Shown: in pieces, positions 37,250-45,296 of the stretch
How positions within the stretch are numbered: position 1 is the first letter of the stretch
How the letters are laid out: every line of letters begins with the position of its first letter
NCBI GenBank assembly: GCA_048885525.1
Contig: JBHLLP010000001.1
Coordinates: 54,799-118,798, forward strand
Direction of reading: 5' to 3'
Length of the DNA: 64,000 bases
Origin: Candidatus Hermodarchaeota archaeon
Lineage (GTDB): Archaea > Asgardarchaeota > Lokiarchaeia > Sigyniarchaeales > SOKP01
The notes under the pieces: generated by a model
The model's database searches: none
The model's input: the letters and a program-made list of their open reading frames with translations, nothing else
Told to the model about the DNA's origin: nothing
Made by a program: the position numbers and the translations under genes

Positions 37250-38677
37250 CTAGTTTTTAATTTTTGATAATCTTGTGAATAATTCCTCTTCCTTAGTAAG
37301 AATATTAATCACAGTATTATGCAGTTCACCAAAATCCACATGATTAATACAATCATCTTTATATTCATCACCCGCATTCTTTAATGTTTCTGCGATCAGA
37401 GTCCAATTTTGAGCAGAATCACTAATTATGGGGATGCATTCTTCAATAATACCGAATTCATAAGAATTCCATGCCCTAGGACCTTCTTTAAGCTCAGGAT
37501 GGCTTAGTAATTCTTCTAAAAACTCTTTATAGAGCTTTCTGAAAGAACCCCCTCCAGTACCCCAAGTTTCAATGTATCCATGCATAAGCTCAAACATCAT
37601 GCGTCCTAAGGATATTTCATTTCCTTTTGAATTTGTAATAGTTTTATTTAATTTATCTCCCCATGTGAGTATAGAATTTGCAAACTGCTTCAAACCTTGA
37701 ATACCATTAGAATTCATTGAGGGTCGTAGCATGTTATTCACAACTTTTTGAATCGCTAACTTAACGCCTGCTGCTAAAGGTGGATGTTTACCATCAGCAC
37801 GACGTGTCATTGAGAATTGAGTATTCCCTGGATGCATAAACTTCGGTCCATAAGTCGAACTCCTCGCTGTCTTAAGGATATCAATTGGAACTTCTTGAAA
37901 ACCCTCAAATTCAGTGTCACCTATGTATGCAATTCCTATCTCCTCGTTATAACCCCCTAATACTACTGCATGCCCTCCAAAATGAGCCTCTTCCATCTCG
38001 TCATCAAAACCTTCATAAGGCATATAAGCGATATCTACTCTTAAAATAAGTGGAGTATTTTGTTTTAACATCCTCTTAGATTCCTCCCAAGCTTTATCTG
38101 TATTCGTGAATGATTGCTTTCTTAGTGTAATACCTAACAATCGACATGCAAGACTATTTGGTTCAATTGTACCTTGTTTTCCTCCTAAGAAGAATGGGAT
38201 ATCTGATTTGGGCATAAAGGAAACTTGTCCAGTAGTGTCAAAAAATCCAAATCCCAACGTTGCATCTAAGCCAAAAGCCATAGGTTCGGACATCGGAAAT
38301 CCATAAAACTCGAATAAATCCCTCAATGACGAGGATTCGCAATGAAAACCAATTCGATGTATTAAATTATTTATAATAATACCTTTATCTTGATTTATTC
38401 CTCTTTCCCTATCATGGGTGTTCCCATATATAATGCTTTCAGCATTATTATACCATTCATCTCTTTTCTCCTTTAGAAATTTCCTTTTTAATGGATTTGA
38501 ACCATAAATCTTATGACAATTAGTGCATAAGGGAGTTGCATTATTTTGATCATCTGGACCTCCTTCATTTTGAGGTATTATATGATGAATTTGGATAGTT
38601 TCTAATCTATGGCAAATAGAGCATCTATGAAAGGCTTTATTTCGAACTTCATTTTTTATTTTTTCACTAAATGGCAT
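37250..38677 (-). CDS. HNH nuclease domain fused to papain-like (BtrH-N/C39-like) + DUF4872-like domains
   Basis: N-terminal RCSICHRLETIQIHHIIPQNEGGPDDQNNATPLCTNCHKIY (CxxC...HH...N...CxxCH HNH zinc-finger pattern). Followed by GFHCESSSLRDLFEFYGF, AHFGGHAVVLGGYNEE and IETWGTGGGSFRKLYKEFLEE. Confidence 0.65.
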   Translation of the reverse strand: MPFSEKIKNEVRNKAFHRCSICHRLETIQIHHIIPQNEGGPDDQNNATPLCTNCHKIYGSNPLKRKFLKEKRDEWYNNAESIIYGNTHDRERGINQDKGIIINNLIHRIGFHCESSSLRDLFEFYGFPMSEPMAFGLDATLGFGFFDTTGQVSFMPKSDIPFFLGGKQGTIEPNSLACRLLGITLRKQSFTNTDKAWEESKRMLKQNTPLILRVDIAYMPYEGFDDEMEEAHFGGHAVVLGGYNEEIGIAYIGDTEFEGFQEVPIDILKTARSSTYGPKFMHPGNTQFSMTRRADGKHPPLAAGVKLAIQKVVNNMLRPSMNSNGIQGLKQFANSILTWGDKLNKTITNSKGNEISLGRMMFELMHGYIETWGTGGGSFRKLYKEFLEELLSHPELKEGPRAWNSYEFGIIEECIPIISDSAQNWTLIAETLKNAGDEYKDDCINHVDFGELHNTVINILTKEEELFTRLSKIKN

Positions 38678-38739
38678 ATTATCCTCATTTTTTTATTGTA
38701 ACTTTATTATTTAGATAATTGCTGTAAAATCTCAGCAAA

Positions 38740-39324
38740 TTATTTTTCTTTATAATCGTTGGGACCTATTTGTCTCCCGAATTTTTTAAGTTCTTCTAAA
38801 ACCCATTCTATAAATTTGATATCAGTTTCTAAGATCATTATTGGATGTTTAAACAAACCTGTTACATTAATTGGTAATTGGCTATTAACTTCTAGCATTT
38901 CCTCTAATTCTTTTTTATGTTTTTTGATTTTATTAAGTGAATAGTTGAAAACCTTCATCTGTTCCTCAAATGTTAAAACTGGAAACATAGAAAATGCCAC
39001 ATAAAAATCTTCATCATTTTTACCATAAAAATCACGTAAAACTTGCTCGATTTTGTTTTTCAATACCTCTGAGCCATAAGGGGTGATATTATATACCTTA
39101 ATCATCCGGTTATCAAGTTCTTCAATCCAAGACTGAACTAACCCATCTTTTTCAAGTTTTTTAAGAACTCCATATATAGAAGATGTCCCGATGCTTGTCC
39201 AGCCTCGCATCCCTCTATTTTCAATCTTTTCATCAATAATTTTTCCATGACATGGTTCCTCCGAGATCAAACCTAAAACAACAAAAGCTACATGACTTAA
39301 GTCATAGTTATTGTTTTCTGACAT
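38740..39324 (-). CDS. PadR-family transcriptional regulator
   Basis: VVLGLISEEPCHGKIIDEKI...TSSIYGVLKKLEKDGLVQSW is the PadR winged-helix signature. A C-terminal helical extension is present. Confidence 0.8.
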   Translation of the reverse strand: MSENNNYDLSHVAFVVLGLISEEPCHGKIIDEKIENRGMRGWTSIGTSSIYGVLKKLEKDGLVQSWIEELDNRMIKVYNITPYGSEVLKNKIEQVLRDFYGKNDEDFYVAFSMFPVLTFEEQMKVFNYSLNKIKKHKKELEEMLEVNSQLPINVTGLFKHPIMILETDIKFIEWVLEELKKFGRQIGPNDYKEK

Positions 39325-39363
39325 TCTATACGATATAATTTTTTTAATTATGTATTCAGATCG

Positions 39364-39377
39364 TTCTTATATAAGAA
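39364..39377. promoter_or_regulatory. 14-bp perfect palindrome upstream of padR-like gene (candidate operator and/or TATA element)
   Basis: TTCTTATATAAGAA is self-complementary and begins 40 nt upstream of the PadR ATG (39324). Confidence 0.3.
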
Positions 39378-39475
39378 TGATATGATAATAGAATATTTAA
39401 ATCTTATGCAAAAAAATGAAAAATGACAATAAAAAAAAATATTGAAACTAAATCTAAATTTTAATTTACAAATTC

Positions 39476-39501
39476 ATTTCTATTATTAATCTAATAGAAA
39501 T
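39476..39501. promoter_or_regulatory. Inverted repeat (10-bp arms, 6-nt spacer) abutting the start of the ICMT-like gene
   Basis: ATTTCTATTA-TTAATC-TAATAGAAAT has perfect arms and ends immediately before the TTG at 39502 (ATG at 39514). Confidence 0.3.
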
Positions 39502-40272
39502 TTGTTTTATCCTATGAAACAGGAATACCAAACCTTTTTAAATAAAGTACCTGCATTACGATCTTTAGGAAAAATTGTTCTTACTATCATATATATAATT
39601 AGTTTAATATTAATATCGATTCTATATTTCTTTTATTTAGATCCTATAATATGGTTCATGCCGATTGCAACCCAATCGCTTATGGCTGTGATTGTTGTCA
39701 TCATAGCATACATACATTTACAAAATGCAGAACACTATCGAAAAAAATATGGGGATCTAGCTTACCAAGCCTTTTTTTACCACTATATTATCCCATTATT
39801 AGTAAGTTGGTATGCTCTCTTTTTTCATCCTCTTTTTATTAGTGGAATCCGTTTGTTTCCTTTCCTAATATCAATTATTATGGCAATTATTTTCTTTATT
39901 TTTTTCATTCTAGTTACCATTCATATTGAACGAGCAGGATTTAAAATGATAACTCATGGAATGGATTTATATACTGTTTTTCCTGAAGAAACCTCTATCG
40001 TCCGAGGAGAGATCTATGGTTTTATCCGTCATCCTCTATATCTTTCCCTTACCTGTGGATGTTTTGCTTTAGCATTTATTGCTAATAATCTCATTGCTTT
40101 CTTAGCTGCAATCATTCAATTGATACCTTGTATTTTAGTGGCAAAAATGGAAGATAAGGAACTTATAAAAAGAGTTGGAGATGCTCATAGGGATTATATT
40201 AATTCTACACAAATAATTTTCCCATTTAAAAGAATTCTCGGCTTTCTTAAGCTTTTATTTTTCTTTAAATAA
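39502..40272 (+). CDS. Isoprenylcysteine carboxyl methyltransferase (ICMT)/phospholipid methyltransferase-family membrane protein
   Basis: Multi-TM with the family motif GFIRHPLYLSLTCG near the C-terminal third. The start may be ATG 39514 (MKQEYQ). Confidence 0.7.
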   Translation: MFYPMKQEYQTFLNKVPALRSLGKIVLTIIYIISLILISILYFFYLDPIIWFMPIATQSLMAVIVVIIAYIHLQNAEHYRKKYGDLAYQAFFYHYIIPLLVSWYALFFHPLFISGIRLFPFLISIIMAIIFFIFFILVTIHIERAGFKMITHGMDLYTVFPEETSIVRGEIYGFIRHPLYLSLTCGCFALAFIANNLIAFLAAIIQLIPCILVAKMEDKELIKRVGDAHRDYINSTQIIFPFKRILGFLKLLFFFK

Positions 40273-40336
40273 AATTTGGAGGTTAATTAGTACTATAATA
40301 AATTTTATAAAAGGAATACTTTAAGGTGATTAAAAT

Positions 40337-40669
40337 ATGGATATGAAAGAAATTTTGGAAAAATGTCAATTAACTGAAGAAGAAATGAAGGAGTTTTTAC
40401 ACTTAACCAAAAATCTAGACCATAAGGAAGATCATAGTCGCGCTTATAGAACTATGATGAATCAAACGAGGAGAGAACTATTGAAATTTATTGGAATCAA
40501 TATAAAAACATTTGATCAAATAAAAAAAAATTTTCAAGAAGAGGAAGATTTATTAAAATATCATTTAACAATGTTAGAACAACTATTTTACATCATGAAT
40601 ACAGAAAGCGGTTGGAAAGCAACCCCAAGAGGTATTGGTTTTTTGAAAAATGCGATAATGGGAGATTGA
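40337..40669 (+). CDS. Small winged-helix (ArsR-like) DNA-binding protein
   Basis: MNQTRRELLKFIGINIKTFDQIKKNF...LKYHLTMLEQ resembles an ArsR-type HTH. 110 aa. Confidence 0.45.
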   Translation: MDMKEILEKCQLTEEEMKEFLHLTKNLDHKEDHSRAYRTMMNQTRRELLKFIGINIKTFDQIKKNFQEEEDLLKYHLTMLEQLFYIMNTESGWKATPRGIGFLKNAIMGD

Positions 40670-40807
40670 GGTTTTGGTAAAGCTTACCTTTTTAATTTAA
40701 ATTTCTAGCACATTTATTCTTGATGCGATAAATAATCAGAATTAAAAATTTAAATCGATAAAATTGATTACTCTTCACTTCTGAAAATCTCAAAAAAATA
40801 ATTATAA

Positions 40808-42526
40808 TTAATCTGAAATTTTTATTTTTGGTCTTATTATGATATGTTCACATTTAGGACAGATTTTATAATAACGGTACTCTTGCATAGTGCTAAAAAA
40901 GTTTGATCCAAGGATACCTGCTGGTAAAATAAAAAGTGAAACTCCAAGAAAGGCTAAAGCTATTGTACAAAAACGACCACCTGTAGTAATAGCATAAACA
41001 TCACCAAATCCGGTAGTTGTAAATGTAATAATTCCCATCCATAATGTTGTAGGAATATCTGCAAATTTAGTTGGTTGAGCATTTCTCTCCATATAATATA
41101 TTAAAGTAGAAGCGAACATAAGAAATATCCAGCATAACATCACCGTAACTAAAAACTCTCTTTTTGTCTCTTTAAAAATTAACCGGGCCACTCTAAACAC
41201 ATCAATAAAATGCCCTATTTTAAATATAACTAACATCCTCAAAATTTGGAGATACAAAACTAAAATACGAACATGACTGAAAACAAACATTAGATATAAA
41301 GTAAAAAGAGTAATGATGTCTATAATAGCAATTGGGCGCAAAACATATCTTAACCTACCCCTAATAGGATCATTATATGTAGGATTTTTTGAAGCAACTA
41401 TACACCAAACTCTTAGGACGTATTCAATGCTAAATGTTATAATCGAAAATATTAATAAAGAATTTAATAAAAAATTAAGCTCTAATGATATTTCTGGGTT
41501 AGTTCCAATCATTATTGCTAATATATTTAGAGTTATAATGCTTAAGAAGAATATAAATACGACCTTTTGCCCTAATTTATTTGGAAATTTAAATTGAATT
41601 AACTTGTATATTTTCTTTTTATAGTTTCCCTTGGAAGGAATTTCCAAAGTTTTTTTTTTAATTTTCTGCTTTCTTAATTTTCTTATAAACTCAGATTTTT
41701 GAATAATAACTTTACAATTGGGACAAACCTCCGACGTAGGTTTCCTCTCTTCAAGTTCCTCGAGAAATCCCGATACGATAACACTCGCGGGTAACAAGAA
41801 TAATGTTATTCCTATAAAAGATATACTTCCTGATACTATTTTACCAAATGGAGTTAATGGTACAATATCTCCATAACCTATTGTAAAGAGATTTATTGCT
41901 GTAAACCACATGGCACCAAAAAGATTTGTTATTTTATCCGGCTGGGCTTCATGTTCAGAAATGTAAATTAATGTAGCCCCAAAAAACATCAAAATCAAAG
42001 AGAGCATTAAAGTAATTAATAATTCTTCTTTCTTGCGTTTTATAACCGCCAATATAATTTCAAAGGATCTAGAATAGCGAGTGAATTTAAAGAATACAAA
42101 TAACCGTAATAATCGTGCGATCTCCATCAATTCGTTAAAAAAAAAACTTATTAAAAAAAATATAAATGAAATCGCACTTAGAAAATCAATTATCCCCATA
42201 ATGCTTGTAACATAATTCAATCGTTTTGGAATGGAATCCTCATTTCTAGCTTTCTGATTATAACTCCAAACGCGAAGAGAATATTCTAATAAAAATGAAA
42301 AACCAGTTATACACGATAATAAAGTAAAAGCTATTTCTAATTGTTGCTGTAAATTTATATTAGTCTCTAATATAGCAATTGTACCATATAAAAGACTGGA
42401 AAAAATCAACCAAATTGCTATTATTTTTGCTGAAATAGTTTTTGTTTTAGGAAAACTCAGACTTCTGAGTACTTGTTCTTTTAAAATATTTACTTCAAAT
42501 TCTTTATTTGAATCCATAATTAACAC
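40808..42526 (-). CDS. Tandem two-repeat voltage-sensor-type K+ channel (2 x 6TM, two pore loops in one chain)
   Basis: Two selectivity filters (FTIGYGD and TTTGFGD). Each is preceded by an S4-like basic helix (IARLLRLFVFFKFTRYSR; LQILRMLVIFKIGHFIDVFRVARLIFK) and four more TM helices, and each is followed by a CPxC motif. Confidence 0.8.
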   Translation of the reverse strand: MLIMDSNKEFEVNILKEQVLRSLSFPKTKTISAKIIAIWLIFSSLLYGTIAILETNINLQQQLEIAFTLLSCITGFSFLLEYSLRVWSYNQKARNEDSIPKRLNYVTSIMGIIDFLSAISFIFFLISFFFNELMEIARLLRLFVFFKFTRYSRSFEIILAVIKRKKEELLITLMLSLILMFFGATLIYISEHEAQPDKITNLFGAMWFTAINLFTIGYGDIVPLTPFGKIVSGSISFIGITLFLLPASVIVSGFLEELEERKPTSEVCPNCKVIIQKSEFIRKLRKQKIKKKTLEIPSKGNYKKKIYKLIQFKFPNKLGQKVVFIFFLSIITLNILAIMIGTNPEISLELNFLLNSLLIFSIITFSIEYVLRVWCIVASKNPTYNDPIRGRLRYVLRPIAIIDIITLFTLYLMFVFSHVRILVLYLQILRMLVIFKIGHFIDVFRVARLIFKETKREFLVTVMLCWIFLMFASTLIYYMERNAQPTKFADIPTTLWMGIITFTTTGFGDVYAITTGGRFCTIALAFLGVSLFILPAGILGSNFFSTMQEYRYYKICPKCEHIIIRPKIKISD

Positions 42527-42689
42527 GCAAATTTTTAAAATTTCTTAAGTTTAAAGCCCTAGGATAAACTCAATACATTTGTGTTCATTATATTTCATCA
42601 AATAAATGTTTGATTAAATTTATATAATAACATCTTCTATTCATCTTTAACATCCAATTTATCTTAAAAAATTAAAGGTTGAAATTAAG

Positions 42690-43112
42690 ATGAGTGAGAC
42701 TAAAAAGAAAGATTCAAACGAATTATTAAATATTCTAATGATCATAATTGGACTTCTCTTTCTCTTTAAAGCTGTAATGGAATTTTTAGCTTGGGCGGAT
42801 ATTATTACACCATCATGGGCAGTTGATCCCGCAGTACTGTCTGTTTTTGGCGGACAAGCAACAGTTTCAACATTATTAGGATTTTGGTGTTTAGTAGCAG
42901 GTGTTGGGTTGTTTAGAGAAGAAGAATATGCATTGGGAATGGGACTGGTCGTATTAAGCATAATGGCAGCCTCAGGTATTATGACTATGATTTCATGGGT
43001 GGGAGGATCTTTTGATGTAGCATATTGGCCCAATTATTTAATAATAATTGCTACTATCGTCGGTGTCTTAGGATTTTTCTGGTTACTATTTACATATAAG
43101 AGATATGATTAA
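42690..43112 (+). CDS. Small integral membrane protein
   Basis: 140 aa with four hydrophobic helices. Preferred over the low-complexity antisense ORF 42659..43033. Confidence 0.55.
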   Translation: MSETKKKDSNELLNILMIIIGLLFLFKAVMEFLAWADIITPSWAVDPAVLSVFGGQATVSTLLGFWCLVAGVGLFREEEYALGMGLVVLSIMAASGIMTMISWVGGSFDVAYWPNYLIIIATIVGVLGFFWLLFTYKRYD

Positions 43113-43248
43113 ACTAACTATTTTTTGAATTTTAAATTCATAAATCTTTTTTTTTAAATATTTTATAACTTAATTTTTTTATAAATAAAATTGAAAAAAG
43201 AGGATTTTTTATATTAAACAAAGAAAATATTGAAAATCTTCAATTTGT

Positions 43249-43821
43249 ATGTCAAAAATATCCAATAATCAAGTTTTAGGAATTGTTGGTAGTCCTCGTC
43301 GAGGGGGTAACACCGAAATTCTAGTAGATGAAGTATTATCAGGAGCAGAAAATGCTGGAGCTATAATCAAAAAAGTAATATTAAATGATTTAAATATTAA
43401 TCCCTGTCAAGCGTGTAATAGTTGTTATAAAACAGGTAAATGTGTGCATAAAGATGATATGATTGAATTACTGGAGAACATGGAGGAAAGTGATATTTGG
43501 GTGCTTGGTACTCCTATATATTGGTGGGGACCCACAGCACAATTTAAACTTTTCTTAGATAGATGGTATTGTCCAAAACATCAAGATTTTAAAGGAAAAC
43601 AAGTTATTCTTGTAATTCCCTTTGAAGGAGGTCATCCGAAATATGCACGTCATACAATAGGAATCCTTACAGACGTTTTAGACTATTTAAGTATGGAACT
43701 ATTAGATACTATATTAGCTCCTGGGGTAGGTGCTAGAGGTAAAGTTCGCGAAAAAAGCGATATAATGAAAAATGCATATAAAGCTGGTCAAAAAGCCCTT
43801 ATAATGATAAAAACAACATAA
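43249..43821 (+). CDS. Iron-sulfur flavoprotein (Isf) / NADPH-dependent FMN reductase family
   Basis: GIVGSPRRGGNTE flavodoxin-like start and the compact cluster motif CQACNSCYKTGKC (Cx2Cx2Cx5C) typical of Isf. Confidence 0.8.
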   Translation: MSKISNNQVLGIVGSPRRGGNTEILVDEVLSGAENAGAIIKKVILNDLNINPCQACNSCYKTGKCVHKDDMIELLENMEESDIWVLGTPIYWWGPTAQFKLFLDRWYCPKHQDFKGKQVILVIPFEGGHPKYARHTIGILTDVLDYLSMELLDTILAPGVGARGKVREKSDIMKNAYKAGQKALIMIKTT

Positions 43822-43844
43822 TGATAATATTAGGTTTTAATTAA

Positions 43845-44507
43845 ATGCAATTAATTGAATTTCTTGAAAAAATTGAATGGTTAGAAAGTATACACCCTTA
43901 TGGAAGTGCGTGTATTAGAATTAATAATGAAAAAACTATTTACGTGGATCCAGCTAATTTATCTCAAGCTAATATGAAAAAAAAAGCCGACTTGATCCTT
44001 TTAAGTCATTCTCACGACGATCATTTCTCAATAGATACAATTAAAAATTTGAGGAAACCTTCAACTATTATAGTCTGTCCAAGTGATTGTGAAGAAGTAT
44101 TGATGCAAGAACATATTGAATTCAACATTTATACTGTAAAATCTAGTGAAACTTTAAAATTAAACAAAGTTAAAATTATAACAATTCCTGCCTACTCTAC
44201 ATCCGCACACCCAAAATCTGCTGGATGGATTGGTTATATTATAGAAACTAACGGTTTTCGTATTTATCATTCAGGAGATTCAGGTCTCATTCCAGAAATG
44301 AATAATTTAGAAAATATTGATATTGCATTTCTAACCGTAAGAGAACCTTATATGATGAGTCCAAAGGAAGTGATTCAAGCTATCGACGCTTTTAATCCAA
44401 AAATTTTAATTCCAATTCATTGGATTATGGAGGAAAAAGCAGATATAGATTATATTGTAGAAAATTCACCAAAGACTACAAAAGTAATAACTCTTAAGAT
44501 GAAGTAG
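43845..44507 (+). CDS. MBL-fold metallo-hydrolase
   Basis: LLSHSHDDHF (HxHxDH) plus a downstream HSGDSG motif. Confidence 0.8.
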   Translation: MQLIEFLEKIEWLESIHPYGSACIRINNEKTIYVDPANLSQANMKKKADLILLSHSHDDHFSIDTIKNLRKPSTIIVCPSDCEEVLMQEHIEFNIYTVKSSETLKLNKVKIITIPAYSTSAHPKSAGWIGYIIETNGFRIYHSGDSGLIPEMNNLENIDIAFLTVREPYMMSPKEVIQAIDAFNPKILIPIHWIMEEKADIDYIVENSPKTTKVITLKMK

Positions 44508-44644
44508 AATATTCTTAATATTAAAATTTACTCATTTTATAAAAACCAAGCGTTATGTAAAATAAAATTATTTAAATTATAATCGATGTAATAATAAATC
44601 CTCTTTCACTACTCTAATAATACATTAAATAATTGAGAAAAACT

Positions 44645-45139
44645 ATGGCAATCAAAGAAGGAGATATAATAAAAGTAGAATATATAGGCACTTTTGATGA
44701 TGGAAAAATATTTGACAGTACAGAATTAAACGGAGGTATCCCTTTAAAGTTTGAAGTAGGAGCTGGACAAATAATTCCTGGTTTTGATACCTCTGTAATA
44801 GGTAAAACAGTTGGAGATGAGTTTGATATTAGACTGGACCCTTCTGAGGCGTATGGTGAATATAGGGAAGGGATGATCCAATCTATCCCAAAGGATCAAT
44901 TTCCACAAGAACAAGAGCCAAAACCAGGGTTGATGATTTTATTATTAGGTCCACAAGGGCAATCGGTTCCTGCAACTATTAAAGAAGTTGTAGATGATAC
45001 TGTTACAATTGATTTAAATCATCCTATGGCAGGTAAAGTGCTAAACTTTAAAATTAAAATAATTGAAACTGGTTGTGAACCCGATCCTCCTCATGCTTGT
45101 GGTTGTGGGCATGATCATAACCATAGTCATAACCATTAA
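44645..45139 (+). CDS. slyD: FKBP-type peptidyl-prolyl isomerase, SlyD-like, with His/Cys-rich tail
   Basis: GDIIKVEYIGTFDDGKIFDST...GAGQIIPGFD...HPMAGKVLNFKIKI with tail PPHACGCGHDHNHSHNH. The ATG at 44645 is preferred over the TTG at 44633. Confidence 0.85.
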   Translation: MAIKEGDIIKVEYIGTFDDGKIFDSTELNGGIPLKFEVGAGQIIPGFDTSVIGKTVGDEFDIRLDPSEAYGEYREGMIQSIPKDQFPQEQEPKPGLMILLLGPQGQSVPATIKEVVDDTVTIDLNHPMAGKVLNFKIKIIETGCEPDPPHACGCGHDHNHSHNH

Positions 45140-45296
45140 TTAATTAGTCTAATAACAAAAATTTATGTAAAATTCTTTTTTTACCTTATTTTTAATATAT
45201 GGCAAAACAAAAGAATTAACAGAAACTCATTAAATTAAAATTTTTAATCTCATTTTGTAAACCATCATTGGAGTTTAAAATTATATTATTAGGAAA

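Noticed and set aside
42659-43033. 124-aa minus-strand ORF overlapping the 140-aa plus-strand membrane protein
   Set aside because: The product is low-complexity (P/T/S/N-rich) with no start context. The plus-strand ORF has coherent TM helices, so this is judged an antisense shadow ORF.
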